From an uncultured delta proteobacterium (GTDB lineage Bacteria > Desulfobacterota > Binatia > JACPRU01): a stretch of 64,000 nucleotides of DNA. The stretch lies in the NCBI GenBank assembly GCA_963745025.1, contig CAVUWD010000010.1:32001-96000 (forward strand), in the 5' to 3' direction. This document shows, piece after piece, positions 33,389 through 43,924 of this stretch. How positions within the stretch are numbered: position 1 is the first letter of the stretch; every line of letters starts with the position of its first letter. The notes beneath the pieces are model-generated. The model worked only from the letters and a program-made list of their open reading frames with translations. It made no database searches and was not told where the DNA came from. A program made the translations under genes and the position numbers.

Positions 33389-36300
33389 GTGATCGAGCTG
33401 CAAGGATCGGATTCGGGCGACCGCTCGGCCAGGCTTTCTCCGACGAAGCGGGCGTTGTTGCGGAAGAGAATCGCTTCCGCGCTGGAGGTGACCCCGCCGG
33501 ACCGGGGGCGCATTCCCCGTTGCGCGCGTGACGGAACGATCCCCGCGTCGTTCTCTCAGGAGAGGATGTGGCTCATCCACCAGGTCCATCCGGGCATCAT
33601 CGCCTACAACTCCCAGGTGGCCCTGCATTTCACCGGGCCGCTCGACACGGATGCGCTGCGCCGGAGCCTCGACGACATCGTCAGGCGGCACGAGATCTAC
33701 CGGACGTCGCTGGCGGAAGAGGGAGGACGGATCGTCCAACGCATTCACGGCGTCGCGCCGGCCGGCCTGACGGTGATCGATCTGGAGACCAGCACGGAGG
33801 GACCGTCCGAGGCCGCCTTGCGCGCGACGATCGAGAAGGAGATCGCTCGGCCGTTCCGTCTCGATCAGTCGCCGCTCGTGCGGTGGGTCTTGATCCGTCT
33901 CGGTGCGGAAAGACACACCCTTCTCTGCATGGACCACCACGCGGTGGGCGACGGATGGTCTCGCCACGTCGTGCTCGGCGAGTTGATGACGCTCTACCGC
34001 CACCACCACGCGGGGACGGGCGCGATGCCCTTGCCGCCGCCCATCCAGTTCGCGGACTTCGCGGCTTGGCAGCACACGTGGATTCACAGCGAGGAGGCTC
34101 GCGCCCAGATCGCTTTCTGGAAGAACCGCCTCGAGGGAATCGCACCGGTGCTCGACCTGCCCCTGGACCGACCTCGCCCGATGCGGCCGTCCTTTCGCGG
34201 CGGTCACGAGCTGATGACATTCGAGGAGGCGGAGATGGCGCCGCTCCGTAAGCTCGCCGAGCAGGAGCAGGCCACGATGTACATGCTCTTTCTCGCCGGA
34301 TTTCTCGCGGTGTTGGGGCGGCATTGCCGGACGGAAGACATCCCGATCGGGTCCGGCATCGCCAACCGCCGCATGCCGGAGACCGACGGGCTCGTCGGCA
34401 TGCTCATCAACACGGTGGTGATGCGCGCAAACATGTCCGGCAATCCGACCTTCCTCGAGTGGCTTCGTCGCGTGCGCGCGATGACCCTGGAGGCCTACGC
34501 TCATCAGGAGGCGCCCTTCGAGAAGGTCGTCGAAGCGGTCGCGCCGCCGCGCGATCCCAAGATCAACCCGCTCCACCAGGTGACTTTCAATCTCCAGAAC
34601 AACCCCATCCCGGCCATGGATTTTCCGGGGCTCGAGGCGGAGCTCGAGCGGCCGTTGTTCAACGGCTCGGCCAAATTCGACCTCTATGTGGCCGGATGGC
34701 CGCGATCGCGCGAGCGATTCGGCGGTTGGCAACGCGACGATCATGCCCTGCTACTCTCTTGGGAATACAACGCGGACGTTTTCGACGCGGCTACGATCCG
34801 GGTGCTGCAAGACCACCTGCGACGGGCGTTGGCGCGGGCTGCATCGGATCCGGGCGTGCGTCTCGGCGATCTTCTCGAGGGGGTGGAGGTAACGGGATCC
34901 GATCGGGTGCCGCAACGAAGCGATGTTCGGGATTCCGCGATCCACCGGCTCTTCGAGGAGCAAGCCGCGATCCGTCCCGAAGCGGTCGCGGTCGAATACG
35001 GGGACCGTCGACTCAGCTATGCCGAGCTCAGCCGGCGCGCGGACGCTTTGGCCCGGCGTCTGCGCGCGGTCGGTGTGGGGCGCGACATGCCGGTGGGGTT
35101 GCTCGCCCGAAGGTCGGTCGAAATGGTGATCGGTCTGCTCGGCATCCTGAAAGCGGGAGGGTGCTACGTTCCCGTCGATACCGGGTTTCCGGCCAAGAGG
35201 CTGGCCTTCATGGCGGCGAAGGTCGGGCTCGAGCTGGTCGTCGGTCCACAAGCGGAGTTCACGTCGCTCGAGGGTGCGCTGCCGGGATGTCGCCATATCC
35301 ACTCCGATGCGGATGAACCGTCCGGCGCCTCGGATGGTCCCGAGCCATCCGATGAAGCAGTCGACGGCGAAAGCTTGGCGTATGTCCTGTTCACCTCCGG
35401 CTCTACCGGTGAGCCACGGGCGGTGGCCGTTCCCCATCGCGCGGTGGCGAGGCTGGTCAAGGGGCAGGATTTTGCCGTCATGGATGAGAAGCAGGCGTGG
35501 CTGCATCATTCGCCGCTCTCGTTCGACGCGTCCACACTCGAGATCTGGGCGGCGCTGTGCAACGGGGGCCGTTTGGTCGTTCTGCCTTGCGGGCCGGCAT
35601 CGCTCGACGAGATCGCGCGGGTCGTCCGGGAATCGGCGGTCACGTCGCTGTGGCTGACGTCCGGGCTGTTCCGGCTCATGGCGGCGGAGCGCGGCGCAGG
35701 ACTGGCGGGGCTTTCCCAGCTGCTGACGGGCGGAGACGTGGTGTTGTTGGAATCCGCGCGCCGCGTGCGCGAGATGCATCCCGAGCTCCGCCTCGTGAAT
35801 GGATACGGCCCGACGGAGAACACCACGTTCACCTGCTGCCAAGAAATCGGGATCGAGGACTTGAGGCGGCGTTCCATCCCGATCGGCCGGCCCATCCAGG
35901 GCACCAGCGTGTGGATCCTCGACGGGGAAGGACGCGCGTGTCCGATCGGAATCGCCGGCGAGCTGTGCACAGGTGGTTCAGGCCTTGCGCGCGGGTATTG
36001 GCGCGACGAGGCCGCAACCGCGGAACGGTTCATCGAGCACCCGCGGTTCGGCCGCCTCTATCGCACGGGAGACCTCTGCCGGATGCTGCCTGACGGGCGC
36101 ATCGAGTTTCTCGGACGGCTGGACAGGCAGACCAAGGTGCACGGCGTGCGCATCGAGCCCGCTGAAGTCGAGTCGGCGCTCGTGCGATGCGAGGGCGTCG
36201 CCGGCTCGGCGGTGGTGGCCGTCGAGGACGCCGCCGGAGAGCGGATCCTCATGGCCTATGTCGTGCCCTCCAATTCTTCCGAGCGGTTGTCGGTCGACCT

Positions 36301-37390
36301 CTTGCGCCGTCGATTGAAGGAACACTTGCCGGATCTCCTGCTGCCGTCCCGCTTCGTGATGGTGGAAGGCTTGCCGATCACGGCAAACGGCAAAGTGGAC
36401 TACGGGGCCTTGCCGGCGGCGGAACCGTGGACCGCCCCCGGTGCGTCGGAAGACGCCGGTTTTTCGGAAGGGGAGGCAGCCGTTGCCGCCATCTGGGAGG
36501 AGGTCCTTGGGGTCGGCGTGCGTAGCAAGCAGGACGACTTCTTCACGCTCGGTGGCCATTCGCTGGCCGTTCTACGGGTGCTTTCCCTGCTGCGCGACCG
36601 TGCGGGGGTGGAATTGCACGCACGGCAGTTCTTCGACGATCCCACGGTCCGGGGGATGGCGCGCGCCGTCGAGCAGGCGGGACTGGTCTCACGTGACAAG
36701 CAGGGCAGCGAAATTCTGATGCCCATCGGAGGAGGAGAAGGCCCGGCAATCGTGTTCATACCCGGGGGTTGGGGCGAAGAGAATGAGATTCTGGTGTTTG
36801 CGGCATTGTTACGGCGAATGCAGACGAGGCGGCCCTGTTATGCAGCTCGCTCTGGAGTCCTGGACGAAGATGTGTCGCTGCCGAGCGGCCTCGACGAGCA
36901 GGTCGACCGCGTGGTGGCGGCCATCCGGGCGAAACGCGTGAAGGGGCCGCTGGCCATGGTGGGCGAGTGCGCCGCCAGTACCCTGGCCCTGGCGGTTACG
37001 CGGAAGCTGCACGCACTCGGGGAGCCGCCGGAGTCACTGACCCTGCTGGATCCCGGTCCGCTTTCTCACCTAGAGTCGCTGCGGGAACGGCTGCGTGCCG
37101 CCGCGCCTGCCGAAGGTTCGGGCACCTCCACGCTGCCGACGCGCGTCGAGCACTACTACGGAATGCTCGGGGATGTGAGCACGACTCCGGTCAATTGCCC
37201 GCTCCATGTCATTCTTTCCTCGCGTTTCCCCGACACAGAAGCCGTGCGTGCGAGCTGGATGCCGATGGCCGGGCGCTCGTTGCGCGTGCACCGGGTGCCC
37301 GGCGACCATCACTCCTACATCCGGGACATGGCGCAGGACACGGCCCGAGTGCTCGACGGGATCGTGTCGCCCGCGGAAGAGGAGCGTTAG
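33389..37390 (+). CDS. NRPS termination module C-A-T-TE (A-domain code read as Val-like)
   Basis: C domain SFSQERMW, HHAVGDGWS; A domain FTSGSTG, FDAS, NGYGPTE, NGKVD; T domain GGHSL; TE GECAA...GDH. Confidence 0.93.
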   Translation: MIELQGSDSGDRSARLSPTKRALLRKRIASALEVTPPDRGRIPRCARDGTIPASFSQERMWLIHQVHPGIIAYNSQVALHFTGPLDTDALRRSLDDIVRRHEIYRTSLAEEGGRIVQRIHGVAPAGLTVIDLETSTEGPSEAALRATIEKEIARPFRLDQSPLVRWVLIRLGAERHTLLCMDHHAVGDGWSRHVVLGELMTLYRHHHAGTGAMPLPPPIQFADFAAWQHTWIHSEEARAQIAFWKNRLEGIAPVLDLPLDRPRPMRPSFRGGHELMTFEEAEMAPLRKLAEQEQATMYMLFLAGFLAVLGRHCRTEDIPIGSGIANRRMPETDGLVGMLINTVVMRANMSGNPTFLEWLRRVRAMTLEAYAHQEAPFEKVVEAVAPPRDPKINPLHQVTFNLQNNPIPAMDFPGLEAELERPLFNGSAKFDLYVAGWPRSRERFGGWQRDDHALLLSWEYNADVFDAATIRVLQDHLRRALARAASDPGVRLGDLLEGVEVTGSDRVPQRSDVRDSAIHRLFEEQAAIRPEAVAVEYGDRRLSYAELSRRADALARRLRAVGVGRDMPVGLLARRSVEMVIGLLGILKAGGCYVPVDTGFPAKRLAFMAAKVGLELVVGPQAEFTSLEGALPGCRHIHSDADEPSGASDGPEPSDEAVDGESLAYVLFTSGSTGEPRAVAVPHRAVARLVKGQDFAVMDEKQAWLHHSPLSFDASTLEIWAALCNGGRLVVLPCGPASLDEIARVVRESAVTSLWLTSGLFRLMAAERGAGLAGLSQLLTGGDVVLLESARRVREMHPELRLVNGYGPTENTTFTCCQEIGIEDLRRRSIPIGRPIQGTSVWILDGEGRACPIGIAGELCTGGSGLARGYWRDEAATAERFIEHPRFGRLYRTGDLCRMLPDGRIEFLGRLDRQTKVHGVRIEPAEVESALVRCEGVAGSAVVAVEDAAGERILMAYVVPSNSSERLSVDLLRRRLKEHLPDLLLPSRFVMVEGLPITANGKVDYGALPAAEPWTAPGASEDAGFSEGEAAVAAIWEEVLGVGVRSKQDDFFTLGGHSLAVLRVLSLLRDRAGVELHARQFFDDPTVRGMARAVEQAGLVSRDKQGSEILMPIGGGEGPAIVFIPGGWGEENEILVFAALLRRMQTRRPCYAARSGVLDEDVSLPSGLDEQVDRVVAAIRAKRVKGPLAMVGECAASTLALAVTRKLHALGEPPESLTLLDPGPLSHLESLRERLRAAAPAEGSGTSTLPTRVEHYYGMLGDVSTTPVNCPLHVILSSRFPDTEAVRASWMPMAGRSLRVHRVPGDHHSYIRDMAQDTARVLDGIVSPAEEER

Positions 37391-37463
37391 CCGGCAAGAC
37401 GGGAAGCTTGTCGAGGGGCGTCGGCCTGTTGCGTCGCCTTCAAGCAAAATTGGGAAGGAAGGG

Positions 37464-37940
37464 ATGGATACCAACCTCGCAACTCGATGCCTCGCTTCGT
37501 TACTTTTCGTGTGGGTGTTGTTGCCGCGGAGCTTGGCTGCCGAGTCGCTCGCGGCCGTTCCACGCCCCTTCGCTGATTCAGCCTCGTACCTCGCCTGGGG
37601 TAAGGAACTCTTCGGCATTTACTGCGCCTCCTGTCACGGAGTCGATGGAACAGGAAACGGTCCGGCGTCAGCCTCGCTCAAGACCGGCCCGCCCGATCTC
37701 ACGCAAATCAGCAAGAAGCACGACGGCAAGTTTCCGCGGATGGAGGTTGTCGGCTTCATCGACGGCGAGACTCCACTCGCCGCTCACGGATCGCGCGAGA
37801 TGCCCGTCTGGGGACGAGTCTTCAGGCCCCCGCGTCGCGGCTCGTCTTTGGGTAGCCCCGAGATTTACGCCATGACCGACTACCTCGAGTCGATTCAGAA
37901 GAAGACGGCGCAAGAGCTTGGGGTAGGAAAGAAGCCCTGA
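37464..37940 (+). CDS. Periplasmic monoheme c-type cytochrome
   Basis: Signal peptide, CASCHG, HGSREMPVWG. Confidence 0.88.
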   Translation: MDTNLATRCLASLLFVWVLLPRSLAAESLAAVPRPFADSASYLAWGKELFGIYCASCHGVDGTGNGPASASLKTGPPDLTQISKKHDGKFPRMEVVGFIDGETPLAAHGSREMPVWGRVFRPPRRGSSLGSPEIYAMTDYLESIQKKTAQELGVGKKP

Positions 37941-38011
37941 CGTCGATGTCTTACTCGCTGTTGCCTCCCGGGTTCGCTTCTTGATCCTGCGTGCTCGGAG
38001 AAAGGGTAATT

Positions 38012-38542
38012 GTGCGCATCAAGCGAATCCTCGTGCCCACGGATCTCTCCGAGGCTTCAATGCCCGCGCTCAAGCTGGCGGAAAACCTCGGACGGATCTT
38101 CAAAGCTGACCTCGCTCTGCTCTTTGTCGTGGAGCCGCTCGATATGAGCGGAGACATTCTGAGCGGAGGAGCGGTGGCTTCCGCGATCGAAGCGCAAGAG
38201 AAAACCGCCCGTGCCCAGCTCGCTCGCGCGGCAACGCGACTACGAAGGCGAGGACTACGTGTGCGCATTCTCGTCGGCACCGGCAAGGCCGCCTCGGTCA
38301 TCGTCGACACCGCGCGGCAGGGCTCTACCGATTTGATTGTCATCGGCACGCACGGCCGGAGCGGCCTTGCGCATGTCTTGATGGGCAGCGTTGCCGAAAG
38401 GGTAGTACGGACAGCTGGCTGTCCAGTGGTCACCGTGCCGCCTCATCCGAAGCAGACGACTCGGAGGGCTGCGAGTAAGCGCCGAGGGCTACGCGGTGCG
38501 GCGAACGGACTCCGGCGAGTCTCAACTGCAACGCTGATATAG
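38012..38542 (+). CDS. Universal stress protein
   Basis: KRILVPTDLS, DLIVIGTHGRSG...MGSVAERVVRTAGCPV. Confidence 0.92.
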   Translation: MRIKRILVPTDLSEASMPALKLAENLGRIFKADLALLFVVEPLDMSGDILSGGAVASAIEAQEKTARAQLARAATRLRRRGLRVRILVGTGKAASVIVDTARQGSTDLIVIGTHGRSGLAHVLMGSVAERVVRTAGCPVVTVPPHPKQTTRRAASKRRGLRGAANGLRRVSTATLI

Positions 38543-38659
38543 AACCAGGTAGCCGAGCTGGCCCCGGTGGCGACCGGACGTCCATCGCGCATTCATAGCG
38601 TGCGCCGATCGCACTTCATTCGAAATGCGGCACGGTTCACACCGTCTTCGGATGCACTC

Positions 38660-38743
38660 CGACCAAGAGATAGTTCTTGCGCGCCAGTAGGCGTCCATCT
38701 TACGAAGAATCTCCGAGGAGAAAGCCGTTGCTATCGGGCACAC
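38660..38743 (-). pseudogene. N-terminal relic of phosphoketolase (xfp)
   Basis: LRKMDAYWRA then out-of-frame NYL.VG, matching the phosphoketolase N-terminus; immediately downstream of glgP. Confidence 0.6.
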
Positions 38744-38766
38744 CTCCTCGGCAGGTCGAGCCCGAA

Positions 38767-41298
38767 TCAGCGCTGCCAGAGGATTTCGCTTGCCTCGAGC
38801 GGCACCGCGGCGTCTTGATGATACGGTACGAGTCGCGGTGTGTAATCGCCGGCGCTCCGCGAAGTTGGTATCCGCGCCGTGTAGAGGTAAGCGTTTCCCC
38901 GAGCTTCCAGGTTCCGGCCGCGGGCCATAGGCTGGCGGGAAGGCCCCTCGGCATCGCCGATCGGGTTTGCAAAGAGCTCGACGCGGACGGCCTGAGGATC
39001 TAGGCCACCCAGGTAGATCTCGACCGTGAATTGGTAGTCGCCCGCCTCCGTCGTCACCTGAACTTCGCCGAAGCGGGCCTCGTGCCAGTGCCGCGTGACG
39101 GCGCGCCTCCAGGCGAGGAGCTCCTTACCCACCGCTCCCTTTTTCGCCGCACGCTTTCGGTAGCCCGCGGCCGCAGGGAGGTAGTACTTTTCGGTGTACT
39201 CGCGGACGACTCGATTGGCCGAGAACCGCGGCGTCAGCTGCGCCATGCTCTCGCGGATCTTCGCGATCCACGTCGTGGGGATGCCACGTGCGTCACGCTC
39301 GTAGAATGAGGGCGCGACGTCGTGCTCGAGCAGTGTGTACAGGGCGTCGGCTTCCACGGCATCCCAGGCAGGATCGTCACCATGCTCGCGGCCGTCTCCG
39401 AGCGCCCAGCCCACCTCCGCCGAATAGGCCTCGGCCCACCAGCCGTCGAGCTCGGAGAGGTTCAGGCCTCCGTTGACGAGAACCTTCATTCCGCTCGTTC
39501 CGCTTGCTTCCCACGGCCGGCGCGGCGTGTTGATCCAGAGGTCGACGCCCTGCACGAGCCGCTCGGCCAGTAGCAGGTCGTAGTCGGGAATGAAGAGGAC
39601 ACGCCGTCGCGCGTCCGGGTGACGAAGAAACTGAAACCACTCCTTGATCATTGCCTGCCCAGCTTGATCCGCTGGATGTGCCTTGCCGGCGATGATGAGC
39701 TGCGCCGGGCGCTCTCTGTTGCTCAGGATGCGCAGCAGCCGTCCCGGATCGTGGAGAAGCAGATTGGGTCGCTTGTACACGGCGAACCGGCGTGCGAACC
39801 CGAGGGTGAGAGTGTCGGCCGGGAAGGATTCGCGCACGCGGGCGATTTCTTCGGGGGCCGCAGCTCTCGATGCTAGGTCGCGCGCTACGCGATCTCGTGC
39901 GTAGTCGAGAAGGGCCTTGCGGCCCGCTGTGCGGAGCCCCCAAAGCTCCCCGTCGGACACGCAGCGGAAATCGCGCTCGACCGTCTCCATCGTGCCGCGC
40001 CAGCGCTCTCCGCCGCAGGTCTTCGTCCAGAGCGCGTCGGCCTCGGGGGAGTCCCAACTGGGCACGTGGACGCCGTTGGTCACGTGTCCGATCGGAACCT
40101 CGCCTTCGGGCCAGCGAGGAAAGAGATTTTGGAAGAGACGCCGGCTGACGGAGCCGTGGAGCCGGCTCACGCCATTGACCGCCGCGCTACCGCGGATCGC
40201 GAGATAAGCCATGTTGAAAGGCTCGCTCGGATCATTCGGGTTCTCTCGGCCGAGGGCGAGGAGGTCGAGGAGGCCGATGTGGAGATCCGATTCGGCATAG
40301 CCCCGCAGGTACTGATCGATCAACGCTGGCGAGAAGCGATCGAAACCCGCGGAAACCGGCGTGTGTGTCGTAAAGAGGTTTGCCGCCCGTGTTACGGTCA
40401 ACGCCAGCTCGAACGGCTGTCCGCTGTCTTCCATGAAGGCACGGGCGCGCTCGAGCACGGCGAGAGCCGCGTGGCCCTCGTTTAGGTGGCAGATCTCCGG
40501 CTCGAGGTGGAGGGCCCGCAGCAGTCGCCAGCCGCCGATGCCCAGGATCATCTCCTGTCGGAGGCGGAGCTCTGGGCCCCCCCCGTAGAGCTCGCTCGTG
40601 ATACCCCGAAGGGCCGGCGGATTGGCCGGGTCGTTGCTATCGAGCAGATAGAGCATCAGGCGCCCGACCTGCACCTGCCAGGCGCGAAGCCAGATCTTGT
40701 AACCCGGCAGCTGAAATGGGATCCGGAGCCGCTCTCCGGTTCCGTCGCGTGCCGCTGTCACCGGCAACTGGCCAGGGTCATTATAGGGATAGAGAACCTC
40801 CTGGCGACCATCGGCGGCGATCGCCTGGCGGAAGTATCCCTGCTCGTAGAGGAGCCCGACCCCGACTACCGGTACGCCGAGATCACTCGCGGCCTTGAGC
40901 TGATCGCCGGCCACGTTGCCGAGCCCGCCCGAGTAGATCGGCAGCGCCTCGCTGAGGGCAAACTCCATGCTGAAGTAGGCGACGCTGTGCAGAGAATTCT
41001 GCCCGTGGATCGTCGCAAACCATGCCGCAGAAGCGACGTACTCACGCCTCCGCTCGAGTAGTGCCTCCACCCGCGCTCGATATTCGGGTTGCGCCAGAAG
41101 ATCGCGTAACCTGCTCCGCGATACCGTCTGCAGCACGACCCACGGGTTGTGGGTTTCCGCCCAAAGCTCCGGCTCGAGCTCGGCCCAGAGCTCATCGGTG
41201 CCGTGGTGCCACGACCAGCGGAGATCGAGGGCAAGCTCGGTCAGCAACTCGATCCCGGCCGAGCGCATCGACGTGGAAGAGCAGTCCGAGCTCGCCAT
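38767..41298 (-). CDS. glgP: Alpha-glucan (glycogen/starch) phosphorylase
   Basis: AYFSMEF, YSGGLG, HLNEGH, ARRFAVYKR, PLP site EASGTSGMK. Confidence 0.96.
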   Translation of the reverse strand: MASSDCSSTSMRSAGIELLTELALDLRWSWHHGTDELWAELEPELWAETHNPWVVLQTVSRSRLRDLLAQPEYRARVEALLERRREYVASAAWFATIHGQNSLHSVAYFSMEFALSEALPIYSGGLGNVAGDQLKAASDLGVPVVGVGLLYEQGYFRQAIAADGRQEVLYPYNDPGQLPVTAARDGTGERLRIPFQLPGYKIWLRAWQVQVGRLMLYLLDSNDPANPPALRGITSELYGGGPELRLRQEMILGIGGWRLLRALHLEPEICHLNEGHAALAVLERARAFMEDSGQPFELALTVTRAANLFTTHTPVSAGFDRFSPALIDQYLRGYAESDLHIGLLDLLALGRENPNDPSEPFNMAYLAIRGSAAVNGVSRLHGSVSRRLFQNLFPRWPEGEVPIGHVTNGVHVPSWDSPEADALWTKTCGGERWRGTMETVERDFRCVSDGELWGLRTAGRKALLDYARDRVARDLASRAAAPEEIARVRESFPADTLTLGFARRFAVYKRPNLLLHDPGRLLRILSNRERPAQLIIAGKAHPADQAGQAMIKEWFQFLRHPDARRRVLFIPDYDLLLAERLVQGVDLWINTPRRPWEASGTSGMKVLVNGGLNLSELDGWWAEAYSAEVGWALGDGREHGDDPAWDAVEADALYTLLEHDVAPSFYERDARGIPTTWIAKIRESMAQLTPRFSANRVVREYTEKYYLPAAAGYRKRAAKKGAVGKELLAWRRAVTRHWHEARFGEVQVTTEAGDYQFTVEIYLGGLDPQAVRVELFANPIGDAEGPSRQPMARGRNLEARGNAYLYTARIPTSRSAGDYTPRLVPYHQDAAVPLEASEILWQR

Positions 41299-41437
41299 GT
41301 GATTCCTCGTGAGCTGTGGTGGCGTCAGCGCCCGCTCGTCTCGAGCGCCTTCTGAATCGCGGTCCGCGCTTCCTCCTGAATCCTCTCCAGGTGCTCGCGG
41401 GGGTGCTCCGACGGGTCGGAAGAAAGACGCAGCCCGG

Positions 41438-43426
41438 CTATCTCCCGACGGCCTGGGCGCGTGAAGACGTTTCGGTCATGCCAGTGAGCTCTCGAATCTC
41501 CTTCTCATTCAGGGACTCCGCTTCCAACAGCGCATGGGCGAGACGGTCGAGCTTGTCGCGGTGGTCCGCCAACAGGCGGTCGGCTTCAACGTGAGACTCC
41601 TCGACGATGCGGCGGACCTCGGCGTCGATCAGCTCCGAAGTCGCCTCGCTGTACGGCTGCTGCTGGAAGGCCGGCGGCAAGCCCTCGTTCCGCGGCGCGA
41701 CGAAGCTGATCGGCCCGAGCTTGTCGCTCATCCCCCAGCGCAGGACCATGTCACGGGCAATCTCGGTGACCAGCTGTAGATCGTTCTCGGCACCCGTCGT
41801 CACCACTCCATAGACGAGCTTCTCGGCCGCCCGCCCGCCGAGCGCGCTGGTGATCCGTGCCCGCAGATAGTCTTCTGCGTAGCTGGTACGATCGTCGACC
41901 GGGAGCTGCCACGTCGCACCGAGCGACATCCCGCGCGGCACGATCGAGACGCGGTGAACGGGGTCGCTGCCCGGTACCAGCAGCGCGACCAACGCGTGAC
42001 CCGCCTCGTGGTACGCGGTGCGCTCGCGATCGGCCGGATTGAGCAGAAGGTTACGCGCGGGGCCGAGGGTGATCTTCTCCATCGCCTCCGCGAAGTCCTG
42101 GGCGCGGACCGCGCTCGCGTCCTTGCGCGCCGCCAGCAGAGCTGCCTCGTTCACCAGGTTGCGCAGCTCGGCGCCGACCAGGCCGGGCGTTTCGGCGGCG
42201 ATCGTCTCGAGGGAGACGTCCGGCGCGAGGGGAACGCTCTTGGTGTGAACCTTGAGGATCGCGGCGCGGCCGGCGCGGTCGGGACGCTGGACCACGACGC
42301 GTCGGTCGAAGCGGCCCGGTCGGAGCAGCGCCTGGTCGAGCACGTCGGCACGATTCGTGGCGGCCAGCACGATGACTCCTTCCCGAGAATCGAAACCGTC
42401 CATCTCGGTCAGGATCTGATTCAATGTCTGCTCGCGCTCGTCGTGGCCACCGAGCTGCGCGCCGCTGCCACGCGTGCGGCCGATGGCGTCGAGCTCGTCG
42501 ATGAAGATGATCGAGGGTGCCGCCTCCCGAGCCTGCCGGAACAGATCTCGCACGCGCGACGCGCCGACGCCGACGATCATCTCGACGAACTCGGAGGCGC
42601 TCAAGCTGAAGAACGGCACGCCCGCCTGACCGGCAACCGCCCGTGCCAGCAGCGTCTTGCCGGTACCCGGCGCACCGACCAGCAGCACTCCTTTCGGCAC
42701 CGTTCCGCCGAGCCGCTGATACTTGGCGGGGTTCTTCAAGAAGTCGACGACCTCGACGAGCTCGTTCTCGGCCTCATCGATGCCGGCGACGTCTTCGAAG
42801 GTGACCTTCGGCTGCTGCTCGCTGTAGCGCTTGGCCCGGCTGCGGCCGAGGCCGAAGAGCCCGCCACCCGACGCGGCAGCGCGGCGACTCAGCCACACGA
42901 AGGCGCCGATCAGCAGCAGGGTCGGACCGAAGCCGATCAGCACCTTGAACCAGGATGAAGCGTTCTCATCCACCGCCTCGATGACCACGCCCTTTTCCTC
43001 GAGCAACCTCTCGAGGCCTGGGTCGGCGAAAGCCGGCCGCTGCGTCTTGAACCGAATCGCGGTACGCGGCTTCAGCTCCTCAGAGAGGGGTGATGTTGGT
43101 GTCGCGGCACTCGGAGCTTTCGACTTCTCGGACGGATAGCGGACTTCCCTTTTGAAGCTGCCCGCGATCGAGTCGCCCACGCTCGTGACGTTCTCCACGT
43201 TGCCCGCCTCGATCTGCTCCTTGAAGAACGTATAAGGGATCGTGATCGAGGAGGGTTCCGGGAAGAACACTCGCATCAGTAGGTAGTTGGCCCCCAAGAT
43301 GACCAAGAAGACCACCCACCACGGCTGCGGCCGCGTGCTTCGCTGGCGGGAAGCCGCGTCCTTCGAGCCGTCGGGTCGCCCGCCCGGGGGTGTCGCGGCA
43401 TTGTCGGTTGCTCGGTTCAACACCAT
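41438..43426 (-). CDS. ftsH: ATP-dependent zinc metalloprotease FtsH (accessory paralog)
   Basis: Two TM segments, [44 protein letters not shown]. Confidence 0.96.
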   Translation of the reverse strand: MVLNRATDNAATPPGGRPDGSKDAASRQRSTRPQPWWVVFLVILGANYLLMRVFFPEPSSITIPYTFFKEQIEAGNVENVTSVGDSIAGSFKREVRYPSEKSKAPSAATPTSPLSEELKPRTAIRFKTQRPAFADPGLERLLEEKGVVIEAVDENASSWFKVLIGFGPTLLLIGAFVWLSRRAAASGGGLFGLGRSRAKRYSEQQPKVTFEDVAGIDEAENELVEVVDFLKNPAKYQRLGGTVPKGVLLVGAPGTGKTLLARAVAGQAGVPFFSLSASEFVEMIVGVGASRVRDLFRQAREAAPSIIFIDELDAIGRTRGSGAQLGGHDEREQTLNQILTEMDGFDSREGVIVLAATNRADVLDQALLRPGRFDRRVVVQRPDRAGRAAILKVHTKSVPLAPDVSLETIAAETPGLVGAELRNLVNEAALLAARKDASAVRAQDFAEAMEKITLGPARNLLLNPADRERTAYHEAGHALVALLVPGSDPVHRVSIVPRGMSLGATWQLPVDDRTSYAEDYLRARITSALGGRAAEKLVYGVVTTGAENDLQLVTEIARDMVLRWGMSDKLGPISFVAPRNEGLPPAFQQQPYSEATSELIDAEVRRIVEESHVEADRLLADHRDKLDRLAHALLEAESLNEKEIRELTGMTETSSRAQAVGR

Positions 43427-43665
43427 TTGTACTCACGCCCGCTTCTTCCTTTTTTACGTCCGAATCGATTCGTAGACTAGAGGCCGAGTACGGCCGCAGC
43501 GAGGGAGCTGGACTCGGCCATCTGCAAGAGTGCGGCGTGGATTCAGGTATTCTCTCGTCTCATCCAAGGACGATCGAAATCAGGACAAACCCCCATCCGG
43601 TGGATTCGTAGAGAGGATCAGGACGTGCGCGTTCAAACACCGGTGTAGAGTCGATTGCTCAGAGC

Positions 43666-43885
43666 TTCGGTCAGGCCGGTGACCTCTCGAATCTCCTTCT
43701 AATTCAGGGATTCCGCTTTCAGCAGCGCATGGGCGAGACCTTCGAGCTTGTCTCGGTGGTCCGCCAACAGGCGGTCGGCTTCGACGTGAGACGAACGCAA
43801 GACTCTTCGACGATGCGGCGGACGTCGGCGGCGAATCAGCTTCGAGGTCGCCTCGCTGTATGGCTACTGCTGGAAGGCCAGCGGC
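43666..43885 (-). pseudogene. Diverged duplicate of the ftsH 3' end
   Basis: Aligns by eye with 41471-41678, with substitutions, a small insertion and an in-frame stop. Confidence 0.85.
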
Positions 43886-43924
43886 CGCTCCGGCGATGCC
43901 GGCGTCCCTCTTTGGCGACCCCGC

